Assembly: GCA_041169085.1 (NCBI GenBank)
Contig: JBEEJT010000218.1
Span: 15,596 to 79,595, forward strand
Origin: Pseudomonadota bacterium
Lineage (GTDB): Bacteria; Pseudomonadota; Gammaproteobacteria; Burkholderiales; Burkholderiaceae_C
Length of the DNA stretch: 64,000 nt
Direction of reading: 5' to 3'
In this document: positions 13,594 through 24,679 of the stretch, piece by piece
Numbering within the stretch: the first letter of the stretch is position 1
Layout of the letters: the number at the start of each line of letters is the position of its first letter
The notes under the pieces: model-generated
Databases searched by the model: none
The model's input: the letters and a program-made list of their open reading frames with translations, nothing else
What the model was told of the DNA's origin: nothing
Program-made: the position numbers and the translations under genes

Positions 13594-14577
13594 ATGTTTG
13601 CCAGCCTGGGCGAAGCCCTTGTCGACCTCATCGAACACGCCGATGGCCGCTACGAGCCCTGTCTGGGCGGTTCGGTCTGCAACTTCACCCGGGCCGTGGC
13701 CCGCCAGGGCGAAGGCATCCGCTACCTCAACCCCTTGTCCACCGACACCTTTGGCGAGCGTTTCGTGGGCCGCCTGCGCGACGACGGCGTGGCCATCGAC
13801 CCGCCGTGGCGTTCGGACTGCCCCACCTCCCTGGCGGTGGTGTCGCTGGGGCCGGGCGGCGTGCCCCAATACGTCTTTCACCGCGAGCACGTGGCCGACC
13901 GCGACGGCAGCGCCGACGCCTTGGTGGCGCGCTTGCCGGAGGGCGTCACGCTGCTGCACGCGGGTGGCCTGGCCCTGATCCCGCCGGACGACGACAAGGT
14001 GGTGGCGGTGATCGAGGCCGCCCGCAACCGAGGCGGGCTCATCTCCATCGACGCCAACCTGCGCACCGTGGTGGTGGGGCGGGACCCGGCGCGTCAGCAG
14101 GCTTATCGTCAGGCGGTGGACCGGGTGCTGGCCTTGGCCGACATCGTCAAGCTCAGCGACGAAGACATCGCCCACATGGGTTGGGCGGGCGGTGCGGCCG
14201 ACGACGAGGCCCTGCGCGCCGTGGCCCATCGCCTGATCGGGCAAGGCGCAGGTTTGGTGGCGCTCACGCTGGGCGCCGACGGGGCGGTGCTGGCCAATGC
14301 CCAAGGGGTGGTGCGTCGCGCCATCCCGCCTGGGGTGCAGGTGGTCGACACCGTGGGGGCGGGCGACTGCTTCCAGGCCGGTTTGTTGGTGTGGCTCAAG
14401 AAGTCGGGCCACCTCGTGCCCGGCATGCTGCACAAGCTCAACCTGGGCGTGCTCGACCAGGCTTTGGAACACGCCATGGCCGCCGCTGCGATCAACGTGC
14501 AGCGCCAGGGCTGCCAGCCGCCCAGCTGGCTGGAAACCCGGGGCTGGGTGGAACAGGGGCGGGCGCCGGTCGCTTGA
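13594..14577 (+). CDS. PfkB-family carbohydrate kinase (probable fructokinase)
   Basis: GEALVDL, GGSVCN, DANLR, VKLSDED, VVDTVGAGDCF; divergent from the frc operon. Confidence 0.88.
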   Translation: MFASLGEALVDLIEHADGRYEPCLGGSVCNFTRAVARQGEGIRYLNPLSTDTFGERFVGRLRDDGVAIDPPWRSDCPTSLAVVSLGPGGVPQYVFHREHVADRDGSADALVARLPEGVTLLHAGGLALIPPDDDKVVAVIEAARNRGGLISIDANLRTVVVGRDPARQQAYRQAVDRVLALADIVKLSDEDIAHMGWAGGAADDEALRAVAHRLIGQGAGLVALTLGADGAVLANAQGVVRRAIPPGVQVVDTVGAGDCFQAGLLVWLKKSGHLVPGMLHKLNLGVLDQALEHAMAAAAINVQRQGCQPPSWLETRGWVEQGRAPVA

Positions 14578-14593
14578 TGACGGCCTGCTGGCC

Positions 14594-15454
14594 TCAGTCG
14601 GCGCGGTAACGGCGGCTGATGAGGTTGTGCTTGACCTGGTGCAGCCTCGCGGGGAGATCGGGGCCGAGTTGCAGCGCCACCCCCGTGGCGAGGATGTCGA
14701 TGATCACCAGGTGCAGCAGCCGCGACACCATGGGGCTGAACTCTTCGTAGCTCTCGGGGTGGTCGGCTGCGATGTGGGTGCGCGCCGCCGCCGCCAGCGG
14801 CGAGCCGCTCGAGGTGATCGCGATGGTGTGGGCGCCTTGCTTGTGGGCCAGTTCGGTGGCGTCGAGCAAGTCGCGGCTGCGGCCGGCGTTGGAGATCACC
14901 ACCAGGCAATCCTGGGGCTGCAGCAGCGTGGCGCCGATGATTTGCAGGTGACCGTCTGATTGGGCATTGGCGTGGCAGCCCATGCGAAAGAACTTGTGCT
15001 GGGCGTCCAGGGCCACGATCCCGGAGTTGCCCACGCCGTGGAACTCGATGCGGCGGCCCGCCCGCACGGTGGCCGACAAAGCGTCGATCGCCTGCTCGAT
15101 GTGGCGTGCCGGTGCCGACTGTCTGAAGGCGCGCAACACCTCGATGCTGTTGTCGGTGATCTTGTCGACCAGCTCGCTGCTGCCGTCTTGCGGCCCCACC
15201 GCCTGGTGCACAAAGGGCACGCCGCCCTGGCCCAGGCTGCCCGCCAGCTTCAGGCGGAAATCAGGCCAGCCCTCGAAGCCCAGGCTGCGGCAAAAGCGCA
15301 CCACCGTGGGGTTGCTCACGCCGGCCAGCCGCGCCACTTCGGCCACCGGCCACGACAGCGCGGCGCGCGGGTCAGCGAGCACGGCGCGCGCCACTTTCTG
15401 CTCGGCGGCGGGCAGGTGCTCGACCTGGCGTGAGATTTGATCGGTCAGGGCCAT
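14594..15454 (-). CDS. hexR: RpiR/HexR-family transcriptional regulator (HTH + SIS)
   Basis: VSNPTVVRFCRSLGFEGWPDFRLKLA, GVGNSGIVALDAQHKFFR, SPMVSRLLHLVIIDILA; linked to the ED genes. Confidence 0.82.
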   Translation of the reverse strand: MALTDQISRQVEHLPAAEQKVARAVLADPRAALSWPVAEVARLAGVSNPTVVRFCRSLGFEGWPDFRLKLAGSLGQGGVPFVHQAVGPQDGSSELVDKITDNSIEVLRAFRQSAPARHIEQAIDALSATVRAGRRIEFHGVGNSGIVALDAQHKFFRMGCHANAQSDGHLQIIGATLLQPQDCLVVISNAGRSRDLLDATELAHKQGAHTIAITSSGSPLAAAARTHIAADHPESYEEFSPMVSRLLHLVIIDILATGVALQLGPDLPARLHQVKHNLISRRYRAD

Positions 15455-15598
15455 GCGGGTGGGGCGCTCGTGGGGGCCAACGGTGGGGGCAAAGCGTGTG
15501 CGCACAGTCTAGGGCGGAAGCCTGAGGGGCGGAGCGCGCGTGCCAAAATGGGGCGCTGGCCCCACAGCGGTCGCCCTGAAAGACTCTCGGAAACGCCC

Positions 15599-16312
15599 AT
15601 GCGCTTGCTGCTTGCAGAAGACGACCCCATCTTGGCCGACGCCTTGTCCGCCAACCTGCGTTCTGCGGGTTTCGACGTCGAAGTCGCCGAGAACGGTGCC
15701 GTGGCCGAGTACCTGCTCATCAAGCACCCGTTTGACCTGGGCGTCATCGACATCGGCCTGCCCCTGGTCGATGGCCTGACCGTGCTCAAGCGCGCCCACG
15801 CGGCACGCCCCACCTTGCCGTTGCTGGTGCTCACGGCCCTCGATGGCCTGGAAAGCCGCGTGGCCGGGCTCAATGCGGGCGCAGACGACTACCTGACCAA
15901 ACCCTTTGATTTCCCCGAGCTGGAGGCCCGCATCCGCGCCTTGCTGCGCCGTGCCCGCCTGGGCGGCTCGGTCGGCAGCGCAGGCACCGGCGGCCCGTCG
16001 AAGGTGGGCACCCCGGTGCAGATCAGTGGCCGATTGAGCTTCGACCGCGACGCCCGCCGCGCAGCGGTCCATGGCCAGTCGGTCGACCTCTCGCCACGCG
16101 AATGGATGCTGCTCGACGCCTTGCTCACCCACGAAGGCAAGGTGGTGACCAAGGAGCAGATCGCCGCGGTCTGGTCGGGCGACGCCCAGGAGCCAGGCAC
16201 GCCGTCGGGCTCGCTCGAAGTGATCGTGCACCGCTTGCGCCGCAAGCTCGAAGGCTCGGACGTGTCCATCCGTACGGTGCGCGGCCTGGGCTACCTGCTC
16301 GAAAACGTCTGA
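15599..16312 (+). CDS. OmpR-family response regulator (TctD/QseB-like)
   Basis: MRLLLAEDD, DIGLP, GADDYLTKPFDFPELEARIRALLRR, LEVIVHRLRRKL, IRTVRGLGY. Confidence 0.93.
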   Translation: MRLLLAEDDPILADALSANLRSAGFDVEVAENGAVAEYLLIKHPFDLGVIDIGLPLVDGLTVLKRAHAARPTLPLLVLTALDGLESRVAGLNAGADDYLTKPFDFPELEARIRALLRRARLGGSVGSAGTGGPSKVGTPVQISGRLSFDRDARRAAVHGQSVDLSPREWMLLDALLTHEGKVVTKEQIAAVWSGDAQEPGTPSGSLEVIVHRLRRKLEGSDVSIRTVRGLGYLLENV

Positions 16313-16327
16313 CGGGGCGGCCGGCAC

Positions 16328-17824
16328 ATGCTCGATCGCCGTCGACCTGGGCTGAGCGGTCGGCTGCGTCGCCTGTGGTTCACCTTGCCGGGCGTCAACC
16401 CCGGCACCACGCCACTGCGGCGTTACCTCATGATCTGGCTGCTGGTGCCGCAGCTGGTGTTGTGGGTGGGGGCTGCGGCCATGTCTTACCAGGTGGCCGC
16501 GCGTTACGCCAACCTGGCCGTGGACCGCACGCTCTACCAGGCCTCTCGCGCCCTGGCCCGCCAGGTCAAGCCCACGGGCAGCGGCTTGATGATCGACCTG
16601 CCCAAGGCTGCGCGCGACATCATCGAATCCGACCCCGACGAGCAGGTCTATTACATGGTGAGCTCGCCGCCTGGTCAGTTCATCCTGGGCAACAAGGCGC
16701 TGTCCAAGCCACCTGAGCGTTTGCTCTTGCCCGATGGCCGCCCGCCGCTCGACGACCCCCGCTTCTACGACGACCGCATCAACGTGTCGGGCGTGAAGGT
16801 CAACGTCCGCGTGGGGGCGCTGTATGTGGGCTGGGGCGAGCCGGGGGACGAGCGGATCTTGCTGGTCCAGATTGCCAAGAGCCGGGTCAGCCGAGACGCC
16901 CTGGCCGGGCGCATCCTGGGCGACATCGCCTTGCCCCTGGTGGCGCTGGTGCTGGCCATGTCGCTCGTGGTGTGGGCCAGCTTGCGTGCGGGCCTGGCGC
17001 CACTGGCGCGCTTGCAGCAAGCCGTGCGTGACCGCCCGGCCGACGACCTCGCGCCCATCCACCTGGGCCAGGCGCCTGAAGAAATCGATGTGTTGACCTC
17101 GGCGCTCAATGGCTTGCTCACGCGGGTGCAGCTCAGCGTGGCCAGCCAGCGGCGCTTCATCAGCGACGCCGCCCACCAGTTGCGCACGCCCCTGGCCGGC
17201 CTCAAGAGCCAGACCGAGCTGGCGCTCAAGGCCACCGCCGACCCCGAACTCAAAGCCCGCCTGCAACGTGTGCACGAAAGCGCCACCCGCTCGGCCCACC
17301 TGGTCAACCAGCTGCTCACGCTGGCGCGGGCCGAGCCCGAGTCGGCCAACGCGATCGGCCGCAGCCGCTTTGATCTGCGCCGCCTGATCAGCGAACTCAC
17401 CGCTGAAATGGTGCCCCGCGCCTTGCAGTCCGGCGTGGACCTGGGCCTGGCCGAAGACGGCGAAAGCGAGGCGCTCGGGCCCCTGAACCTGCTGGGCAAC
17501 GCCTTGCTGATGCGCGAAGCCGTGTTCAACGTGATCGACAACGCCATCCGCTACGGTGGGCACGGCAGCGAGGTGACGGTGGGCGCTGGCAGAGATGGCC
17601 AAAGCATGTGGGTGCAGGTGGACGACACCGGCCCGGGCGTGGACCCGACCCACATCGACGCCCTGTTCCAGCGTTTCTTTCGTGCGACACACGAAGGCAC
17701 CGGGTGTGGCCTGGGGCTGGCGATCGTGAAAGAAATCGTGGAAAGGCATGGTGGCGAAGTCCATGTTGCCAACAGGGTTCCCCATGGTTTGAGCGTGACA
17801 TTGGTCTTTCCTTTGACCGAATGA
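16328..17824 (+). CDS. Sensor histidine kinase (TctE-like)
   Basis: Two TM segments flanking a periplasmic domain (AVDRTLYQASRAL...DEQVYYMV), HAMP, RFISDAAHQLRTPL, NVIDNAIRY, DDTGPG, GCGLGLAIV. Confidence 0.9.
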   Translation: MLDRRRPGLSGRLRRLWFTLPGVNPGTTPLRRYLMIWLLVPQLVLWVGAAAMSYQVAARYANLAVDRTLYQASRALARQVKPTGSGLMIDLPKAARDIIESDPDEQVYYMVSSPPGQFILGNKALSKPPERLLLPDGRPPLDDPRFYDDRINVSGVKVNVRVGALYVGWGEPGDERILLVQIAKSRVSRDALAGRILGDIALPLVALVLAMSLVVWASLRAGLAPLARLQQAVRDRPADDLAPIHLGQAPEEIDVLTSALNGLLTRVQLSVASQRRFISDAAHQLRTPLAGLKSQTELALKATADPELKARLQRVHESATRSAHLVNQLLTLARAEPESANAIGRSRFDLRRLISELTAEMVPRALQSGVDLGLAEDGESEALGPLNLLGNALLMREAVFNVIDNAIRYGGHGSEVTVGAGRDGQSMWVQVDDTGPGVDPTHIDALFQRFFRATHEGTGCGLGLAIVKEIVERHGGEVHVANRVPHGLSVTLVFPLTE

Positions 17825-17935
17825 ACACAAATTCTTGCAAATACCGATACGGAATTCCGCAACCCCGCAGGTGAGGGGGTGGCTTCTAGCACCGAAAGTA
17901 TCGATGCGCAATAGGAGAAGATTCCGACATGTTGT

Positions 17936-17962
17936 GTTAATGGTTCGTTAATACTTCGTTGG
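17936..17962 (+). promoter_or_regulatory. 11-bp-period direct repeats upstream of the porin (candidate OmpR-type box)
   Basis: GTTAA at 17936 and 17947, GTTGG at 17958; TTCGTT at 17944 and 17955. Confidence 0.35.
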
Positions 17963-18020
17963 CCCCGGCAGTGTCGCTGAGCATCAGCCGGGTATGTCCA
18001 ACTCCCGACGAAGAGACAAC

Positions 18021-19220
18021 ATGAAGACCTCCAAACTCATCCGTACCGCTCCCCTGATGGTTCTGGGCGCCATGCTGGCCTTGCCGGCCGCGGCCCAGCT
18101 GTCTCTGGAATCCAATGGCTACTTCCGCGCTGGTCCGCAACAGACCAAGAAGGACAGCAACCGCGCCTGCTACGGCTTGAGTGGTGCGGAATTCAAATAC
18201 CGTCTCGGCAACGAATGCGACTTCTACGGTGAGTTCCTCTTCACCGGCAACATCAAGAAGGACACCGGCGAGCAAGTCAAGCTGGTGCTGATGCCCAACC
18301 TGTACAACGGCGGCACCAGCACCGACGGCGGCACCAAGCTGGGCATGGCCCAGATGTACACCGAGATGAAGGGCCTGGACTTCGCGCCTGACGTCGCCTT
18401 CTGGGGCGGCAAGCGCTACCACCGTGGTGCCGACATCCACATCGTCGACAAGTTCTTCGAGCAGCTCGACGGCACCGGCGCCGGCGCCAGCCTCCCGGCC
18501 ATGGGCGGCAAGCTGGACCTGGCGGTTTATCGCCAGGACGACACCACCAACAGTGCAGGTTCGCAGTTGCCCGGCAACCGCTTGAACGCCTGGCTGCGCG
18601 ACGTGCCGGCCCTGGGCGGCAAGGTCAACGTGGTGGCCACCTTCGTCAAGGGCGACGGTGCTGGCGGCAAGGCGGGCACCTCGCTGAGCGTGCGCCACAC
18701 GCAAGACGGCGTGCTCGGCGGCTCGAACAACGTGTGGGTGCAGATCTCGCAAGGCTCGGCTGGCCTGACCGGCAACTTCGGCACGCTGACGGCAGGCTCC
18801 GACGTCAAGAAGATCCGCATCGTGGACGGCCTGCAGTTCAAGCTGAGCGACAAGGTGGGCGGCCAGGCCATCGCCATGTACCAGCAGAACAAGGCCGACT
18901 CGGGTGACGCGACCATCACCTCGCTGGGCGGTCGCGTCTCCTACGCCGCCACCCGCAACTTCAAGCTGGTGACCGAGCTGGGCATCGACCGCGTCAAGCC
19001 GTCGGGTGGCTCTGCGGCCAACCTGACCAAGCTGACCATCGCCCCGACCCTGGCCGCAGGCCAAGGCTTCTGGGAACGCCCCGAGCTGCGCTTCTACATG
19101 ACCACCGCCAAGTGGAACAACGCCGCCAACGCCCAGGCTGGCGTCAGTGGCCTGACCGGCATCGGCGACGGCAAGACCTCGGGCACCAGCTACGGCGTGC
19201 AAGCTGAAATCTGGTGGTGA
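18021..19220 (+). CDS. lamB: LamB/maltoporin-family carbohydrate porin
   Basis: Signal peptide, GYFRAG, KYRLGNECDFYGE, FWGGKRY, FWERPELRFY, C-terminal YGVQAEIWW. Confidence 0.88.
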   Translation: MKTSKLIRTAPLMVLGAMLALPAAAQLSLESNGYFRAGPQQTKKDSNRACYGLSGAEFKYRLGNECDFYGEFLFTGNIKKDTGEQVKLVLMPNLYNGGTSTDGGTKLGMAQMYTEMKGLDFAPDVAFWGGKRYHRGADIHIVDKFFEQLDGTGAGASLPAMGGKLDLAVYRQDDTTNSAGSQLPGNRLNAWLRDVPALGGKVNVVATFVKGDGAGGKAGTSLSVRHTQDGVLGGSNNVWVQISQGSAGLTGNFGTLTAGSDVKKIRIVDGLQFKLSDKVGGQAIAMYQQNKADSGDATITSLGGRVSYAATRNFKLVTELGIDRVKPSGGSAANLTKLTIAPTLAAGQGFWERPELRFYMTTAKWNNAANAQAGVSGLTGIGDGKTSGTSYGVQAEIWW

Positions 19221-19405
19221 GCTGCCGTTCACCGCAGCCCGGCTGAACCGCCGCCGGGCTGTGGCCACGCGCCCACCCACGCCACCCGCTGCAACCTAGC
19301 CTCTGCACGGGTGGCGCGCATCCCCCACACTCCCAAGACGGGCCTCGCTGGCCCGCCTGACAGGGCCGAGCCCAAGCGGGTCGAGCCCATCCTCGAGGAC
19401 GCAAC

Positions 19406-20662
19406 ATGATCAAGACCCAACTGACCGTCGCCAGCGCCGCTGCCCTGGTGGCCCTGAGCCTGACCGGCGTCGCCCGAGCTGGCGAAGTCGAAGTCCTGCA
19501 CTGGTGGACTTCCGGTGGTGAAGCCAAGGCCGCGCAAGCGCTGGCCGCCACGATGAAGGCCAAGGGCCACGTGTGGAAGGACTTTGCCGTGGCCGGCGGT
19601 GGCGGTGACTCCGCCATGACCGTGCTGAAGTCGCGCGTGGTCTCGGGCAACGCCCCGGCCGCCGCCCAAATCAAGGGCCCCTCGCTGCAAGAGTGGGCCG
19701 CCGAAGGCGTGTTGACCAACCTCGACGACGTCGCCAAGGCCGACAAGTGGGACCAGGTGCTGCCTGCCCCGATCGCCAATGGCCTCAAGTACAAGGGCCA
19801 CTACATCGCCGCACCGGTCAACGTGCACCGCGTGAACTGGCTGTGGGCCAACCCCGAAGCCTTCAAGAAGGCCGGCGCCAAGGTGCCGACCACCTGGCCT
19901 GAGTTCTTCACCGCGGCTGAGGCCCTGAAGAAGGCCGGCATCATCCCCGTGGCCCACGGTGGCCAGAACTGGCAGGACTTCACCACGTTCGAAAGCGTGG
20001 CGCTGGGCCTGGGCGGCGCCGACTTCTACAAGAAGGCCCTGGTGCAACTCGACGTGGGCACCATCAAGAGCGCCAAGATGAAGGAAGTGCTCGAGACTTT
20101 CAAGAAGATCAAGGGCTACACCGACAAGAACTCGCCGGGCCGCGACTGGAACCTGACCACCGCCATGGTGATCCGCGGTGAAGCCGGCATGCAGCTGATG
20201 GGTGACTGGGCCAAGGGTGAGTTCATCGCCGCAGGCAAGACGCCGGGCAAGGACTTCGAATGCGTGGCCGCCCCCGGCACCGCCAAGTCTTTCACCTACA
20301 ACGTCGACAGCTTCGCGATGTTCCAGCTCAAGAACGACGCCAACATCAAGGCCCAGCGCGACCTGGCCACGGCCATCATGTCGCCCGAGTTCCAGGAGCT
20401 GTTCAACCTGAACAAGGGCTCCATCCCGGTGCGCACGGGGCTGGACCTGAGCAAGTTCGACGCCTGTGCCAAGACCTCGGCCAAGGACTTCGGCGACAGC
20501 GCCAAGGCTGGCTCGCTGGTGCCGTCCATTGCCCACGGCATGGCGGTGCCTTCAGCGGTGCAAGGGGCCATGCAAGACGTCATCTCCCAATACTGGAACA
20601 GCGACAAGGCCACGGCCGACGACACCATCAAGAAGCTGGTGGCCGCGGCCCAAACCAAGTGA
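19406..20662 (+). CDS. Sugar ABC transporter binding protein (GtsA-like, probably glucose)
   Basis: Signal peptide; EVEVLHWWTSGGEA, APVNVHRVNWLW, MGDWAKGEF, FNLNKGSIP. Confidence 0.85.
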   Translation: MIKTQLTVASAAALVALSLTGVARAGEVEVLHWWTSGGEAKAAQALAATMKAKGHVWKDFAVAGGGGDSAMTVLKSRVVSGNAPAAAQIKGPSLQEWAAEGVLTNLDDVAKADKWDQVLPAPIANGLKYKGHYIAAPVNVHRVNWLWANPEAFKKAGAKVPTTWPEFFTAAEALKKAGIIPVAHGGQNWQDFTTFESVALGLGGADFYKKALVQLDVGTIKSAKMKEVLETFKKIKGYTDKNSPGRDWNLTTAMVIRGEAGMQLMGDWAKGEFIAAGKTPGKDFECVAAPGTAKSFTYNVDSFAMFQLKNDANIKAQRDLATAIMSPEFQELFNLNKGSIPVRTGLDLSKFDACAKTSAKDFGDSAKAGSLVPSIAHGMAVPSAVQGAMQDVISQYWNSDKATADDTIKKLVAAAQTK

Positions 20663-20710
20663 CCTGCTGATTCTTCGCCATCCAGACTGGCCATCTTGAA
20701 TCGGCCACCG

Positions 20711-20752
20711 ACCGGGGTCGGGGCCCACAAGGCCTCAGGCCCCGGTTTTCTT
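20711..20752 (+). terminator. Stem-loop with T tract after the binding-protein gene (partial terminator / mRNA stabiliser)
   Basis: ACCGGGG...CCCCGGT followed by TTTCTT. Confidence 0.45.
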
Positions 20753-20802
20753 CGCTACAGGCGTTTCAACCAGACGGCGTCACCCACCGCCTGCCAAACC
20801 CC

Positions 20803-21690
20803 ATGACCACAACAACCCGATCTCCCAGCACGGACTGGCTGCCCAAACTGGTGGTGGCCCCGTCCTTCGTGCTGTCCTTGCTGTTCATCTACGGGCTCAT
20901 CGCCTGGAACGGGTGGTTCTCGGTGTCGGCCTCGCGGCTGATGCCCAACTACGCCTTCCAGGGCTTCGACGCCTATGTCGGCCTGCTCGACAACGAGCGC
21001 TTCCTGCAGTCGGCCAAGAACCTGCTGGTCTTTGGCTTGCTGTTTTTGGGCGGCTCGATGGGCCTGGGCCTCTTCCTGGCCATCTTGCTTGACCAGAAGA
21101 TCCGTGCCGAAGGTGTGCTGCGCACCATCTACCTCTACCCCATGGCGCTGAGTTTCATCGTCACCGGGGCGGCGTGGAAGTGGATCCTCAACCCCGGCCT
21201 GGGCGTGGAACACATGGTGCAGAGCTGGGGCTATGCCGAGTTCACCTTCGACTGGATCGTTGACCCCGACCACGCCATCTATTGCGTGGCCATTGCCGGC
21301 ATCTGGCAAAGCGCCGGCTTCGTGATGGCGCTGTTCCTGGCGGGCCTGCGCGGCATCGACGACTCGATCATCAAGGCGGCCCAGCTCGATGGCGCTTCGA
21401 CACCGCGCATCTACTGGCGCATCCTGATCCCCAGCCTGCGCCCGGTGTTCTTCTCGACGCTGATGGTGATGTCGCACATCGCCATCAAGAGCTTCGACCT
21501 GGTGATGGCGCTCACCGGCGGCGGCCCCGGCTTCGCGACCGACACGCCCGCCACCTTCATGTACGCCATGGCCTTCACCCGCGGCCAGATCAATGTGGGT
21601 GCCGCCTCTGCGACGCTGATGCTGGCCACCGTGGCCGCCATCGTCGTGCCTTACCTCTACAGCGAGCTGCGCGCGCAGCAGCGCCACTGA
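20803..21690 (+). CDS. CUT1 sugar ABC permease (GtsB-like)
   Basis: LLDQKIRAEGVLRTIYLYPMALSFIVTG; EAA loop IIKAAQLDGA. Confidence 0.88.
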   Translation: MTTTTRSPSTDWLPKLVVAPSFVLSLLFIYGLIAWNGWFSVSASRLMPNYAFQGFDAYVGLLDNERFLQSAKNLLVFGLLFLGGSMGLGLFLAILLDQKIRAEGVLRTIYLYPMALSFIVTGAAWKWILNPGLGVEHMVQSWGYAEFTFDWIVDPDHAIYCVAIAGIWQSAGFVMALFLAGLRGIDDSIIKAAQLDGASTPRIYWRILIPSLRPVFFSTLMVMSHIAIKSFDLVMALTGGGPGFATDTPATFMYAMAFTRGQINVGAASATLMLATVAAIVVPYLYSELRAQQRH

Positions 21691-21703
21691 AGGGGGCTGA
21701 ATC

Positions 21704-22576
21704 ATGTTGCCATCGACCCAACAACCCACCTTCGATTGGACCCGGGCCCTGCTGTGGGCCGTGCTGATCGGCCTGGCCGCCTTCTTCCTGGCGCCGCTCT
21801 ACGTCATGCTCTCGACCTCGTTCAAGACCATGGACGAGATCCGCGAAGGCAGCCTGCTGGCCCTGCCACACGCGATCAGCTTCGAGGCCTGGGCCAAGGC
21901 CTGGTCAAGCGCCTGCACGGGCACCGACTGCGGCGGCTTGCAGCCCTTCTTCATGAACTCCGTGAAGATGGTGATCCCGGCGGTGCTGGTGTCCACGCTG
22001 CTGGGCGCCATCAACGGCTACGTGCTCACCAAGTGGAAGTTCAAGGGCAGCGACACGCTGTTCGCCTTGATGCTGTTTGGCGTGTTCATGCCGTTGCAGG
22101 TCATCTTGCTGCCCATGTCGCAGATCCTGGGCTACCTGGGGATCGCCAGCTCCATCTGGGGCCTGGTGCTGGTGCACCTGCTGTGCGGCCTGCCCAGCAC
22201 CACGCTGTTCTTCCGCAACTACTACGCCGCGCTGCCTGACGAGCTGATCAAGGCCGCGATGCTCGATGGTGCGGGCTTCTGGCGCATCTTCTTTCGCATC
22301 GTGTTGCCGCTGTCCACGCCCATCCTGGTCGTGACGCTGATCTGGCAGTTCACGCAGATCTGGAACGACTTCCTCTTTGGCGTGGTGTTCTCCAGCACCG
22401 ACAGCAAGCCGTTGACGGTGGGCCTCAACAACCTGGCCAACACCTCCAGCTCCGTCAAGGAATACAACGTGGACATGGCTGCCGCAATGATCGCCGGCCT
22501 GCCCACCCTCTTCGTGTACATCGTGGCCGGCAAGTACTTCGTGCGCGGCCTGACGGCTGGTGCCGTCAAAGGTTGA
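21704..22576 (+). CDS. CUT1 sugar ABC permease (GtsC-like)
   Basis: STSFKTMDEIR, ELIKAAMLDGAG, WQFTQIWNDFLFG, FVRGLTAGAVKG. Confidence 0.88.
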   Translation: MLPSTQQPTFDWTRALLWAVLIGLAAFFLAPLYVMLSTSFKTMDEIREGSLLALPHAISFEAWAKAWSSACTGTDCGGLQPFFMNSVKMVIPAVLVSTLLGAINGYVLTKWKFKGSDTLFALMLFGVFMPLQVILLPMSQILGYLGIASSIWGLVLVHLLCGLPSTTLFFRNYYAALPDELIKAAMLDGAGFWRIFFRIVLPLSTPILVVTLIWQFTQIWNDFLFGVVFSSTDSKPLTVGLNNLANTSSSVKEYNVDMAAAMIAGLPTLFVYIVAGKYFVRGLTAGAVKG

Positions 22577-22587
22577 AAGGAAGCATC

Positions 22588-23666
<1,079 letters not shown>

Positions 23667-23670
<4 letters not shown>

Positions 23671-24665
23671 ATGACGTGAGCCTGAACGCTGACCCCCGCT
23701 TGCTCGCCGACGTGGGCGGCACCAACGCCCGCTTCGCCTGGCAGGCCGGGCCGGGTGCGCCCGTGCAAGACGTGTGCACCCTGGCCACGGCCGATTTCCC
23801 TTCGCTCGAAGGCGCCCTGCGCGCCTACCTGGCGCAGACCGGCCACAGCGCGCCGCCACGGTGTGCCATCGGCATCGCCAACCCCGTACACGGCGACCAG
23901 ATCAAGGTCACCAACAACCATTGGTCTTTCGCCATCAGTGCCTTGAAGGCGGCCCTGGGCTTCGAAGAGCTGGTGGTCATCAACGACTTCACCGCGCTGG
24001 CGCTGGCCTTGCCCCACTTGCAAGCCCACGAGGTGAGGGTGCTGCCGGGCGGCCCCACCCAGGCGGAAGCCGGCCAGGCCATCGGGGTCTTGGGCGCGGG
24101 CACGGGCTTAGGGATGGGCGGCTTGTTGCCGCTGCGTTTGCCTGGTGGCGTGTTGCATTGGGCGCCCATCGAAGGCGAAGGGGGGCACATCTGCATGGCG
24201 CCTGAAACCGAGCTTGAAATCGGCGTGTTGCGCTTTTTGCAGGGCCAGTTGCCTGGTCGCGTGTCGGCCGAGCGGCTGCTGTCAGGCATGGGCCTTGAGA
24301 ACCTGTGCGACGCCATCGCCCACGTCACGGGCCAGGTGCCTCGCGTCGGTGAGCGCACGGCGGCCGCCATCAGCCAGGCGGGCTTGAGCGGCGAGTGCCC
24401 CGTGTGCGTGCAGGTGCTCGACACCTTCTGTGGCCTCCTGGGCAGCGTGGCCGGTGACCTGGCGCTGCTGTTGGGCGCGCGTGGCGGCATCTACATTGGC
24501 GGGGGCATCGTGCCGCGCCTGGGCGAGTTCTTCGACCGCTCCACCTTCCGCCAGCGCTTTGACAACAAAGGCCGCATGTCGGTGCTCACCCGGCAGGTGC
24601 CGGTGTTCATCATCGATGCGGCCGTGTCACCCGCCTTGCTGGGGGCCAGCCAGGCCTTGCGCTGA
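23667..24665 (+). CDS. glk: Glucokinase
   Basis: LLADVGGTNARF, INDFTA, GAGTGLG, EGGH, SAERLLSG, GGIYIGGGIVP; ATGA overlap with the ATPase. Confidence 0.93.
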
Positions 24666-24679
24666 AGGCCGGGGCGGGC

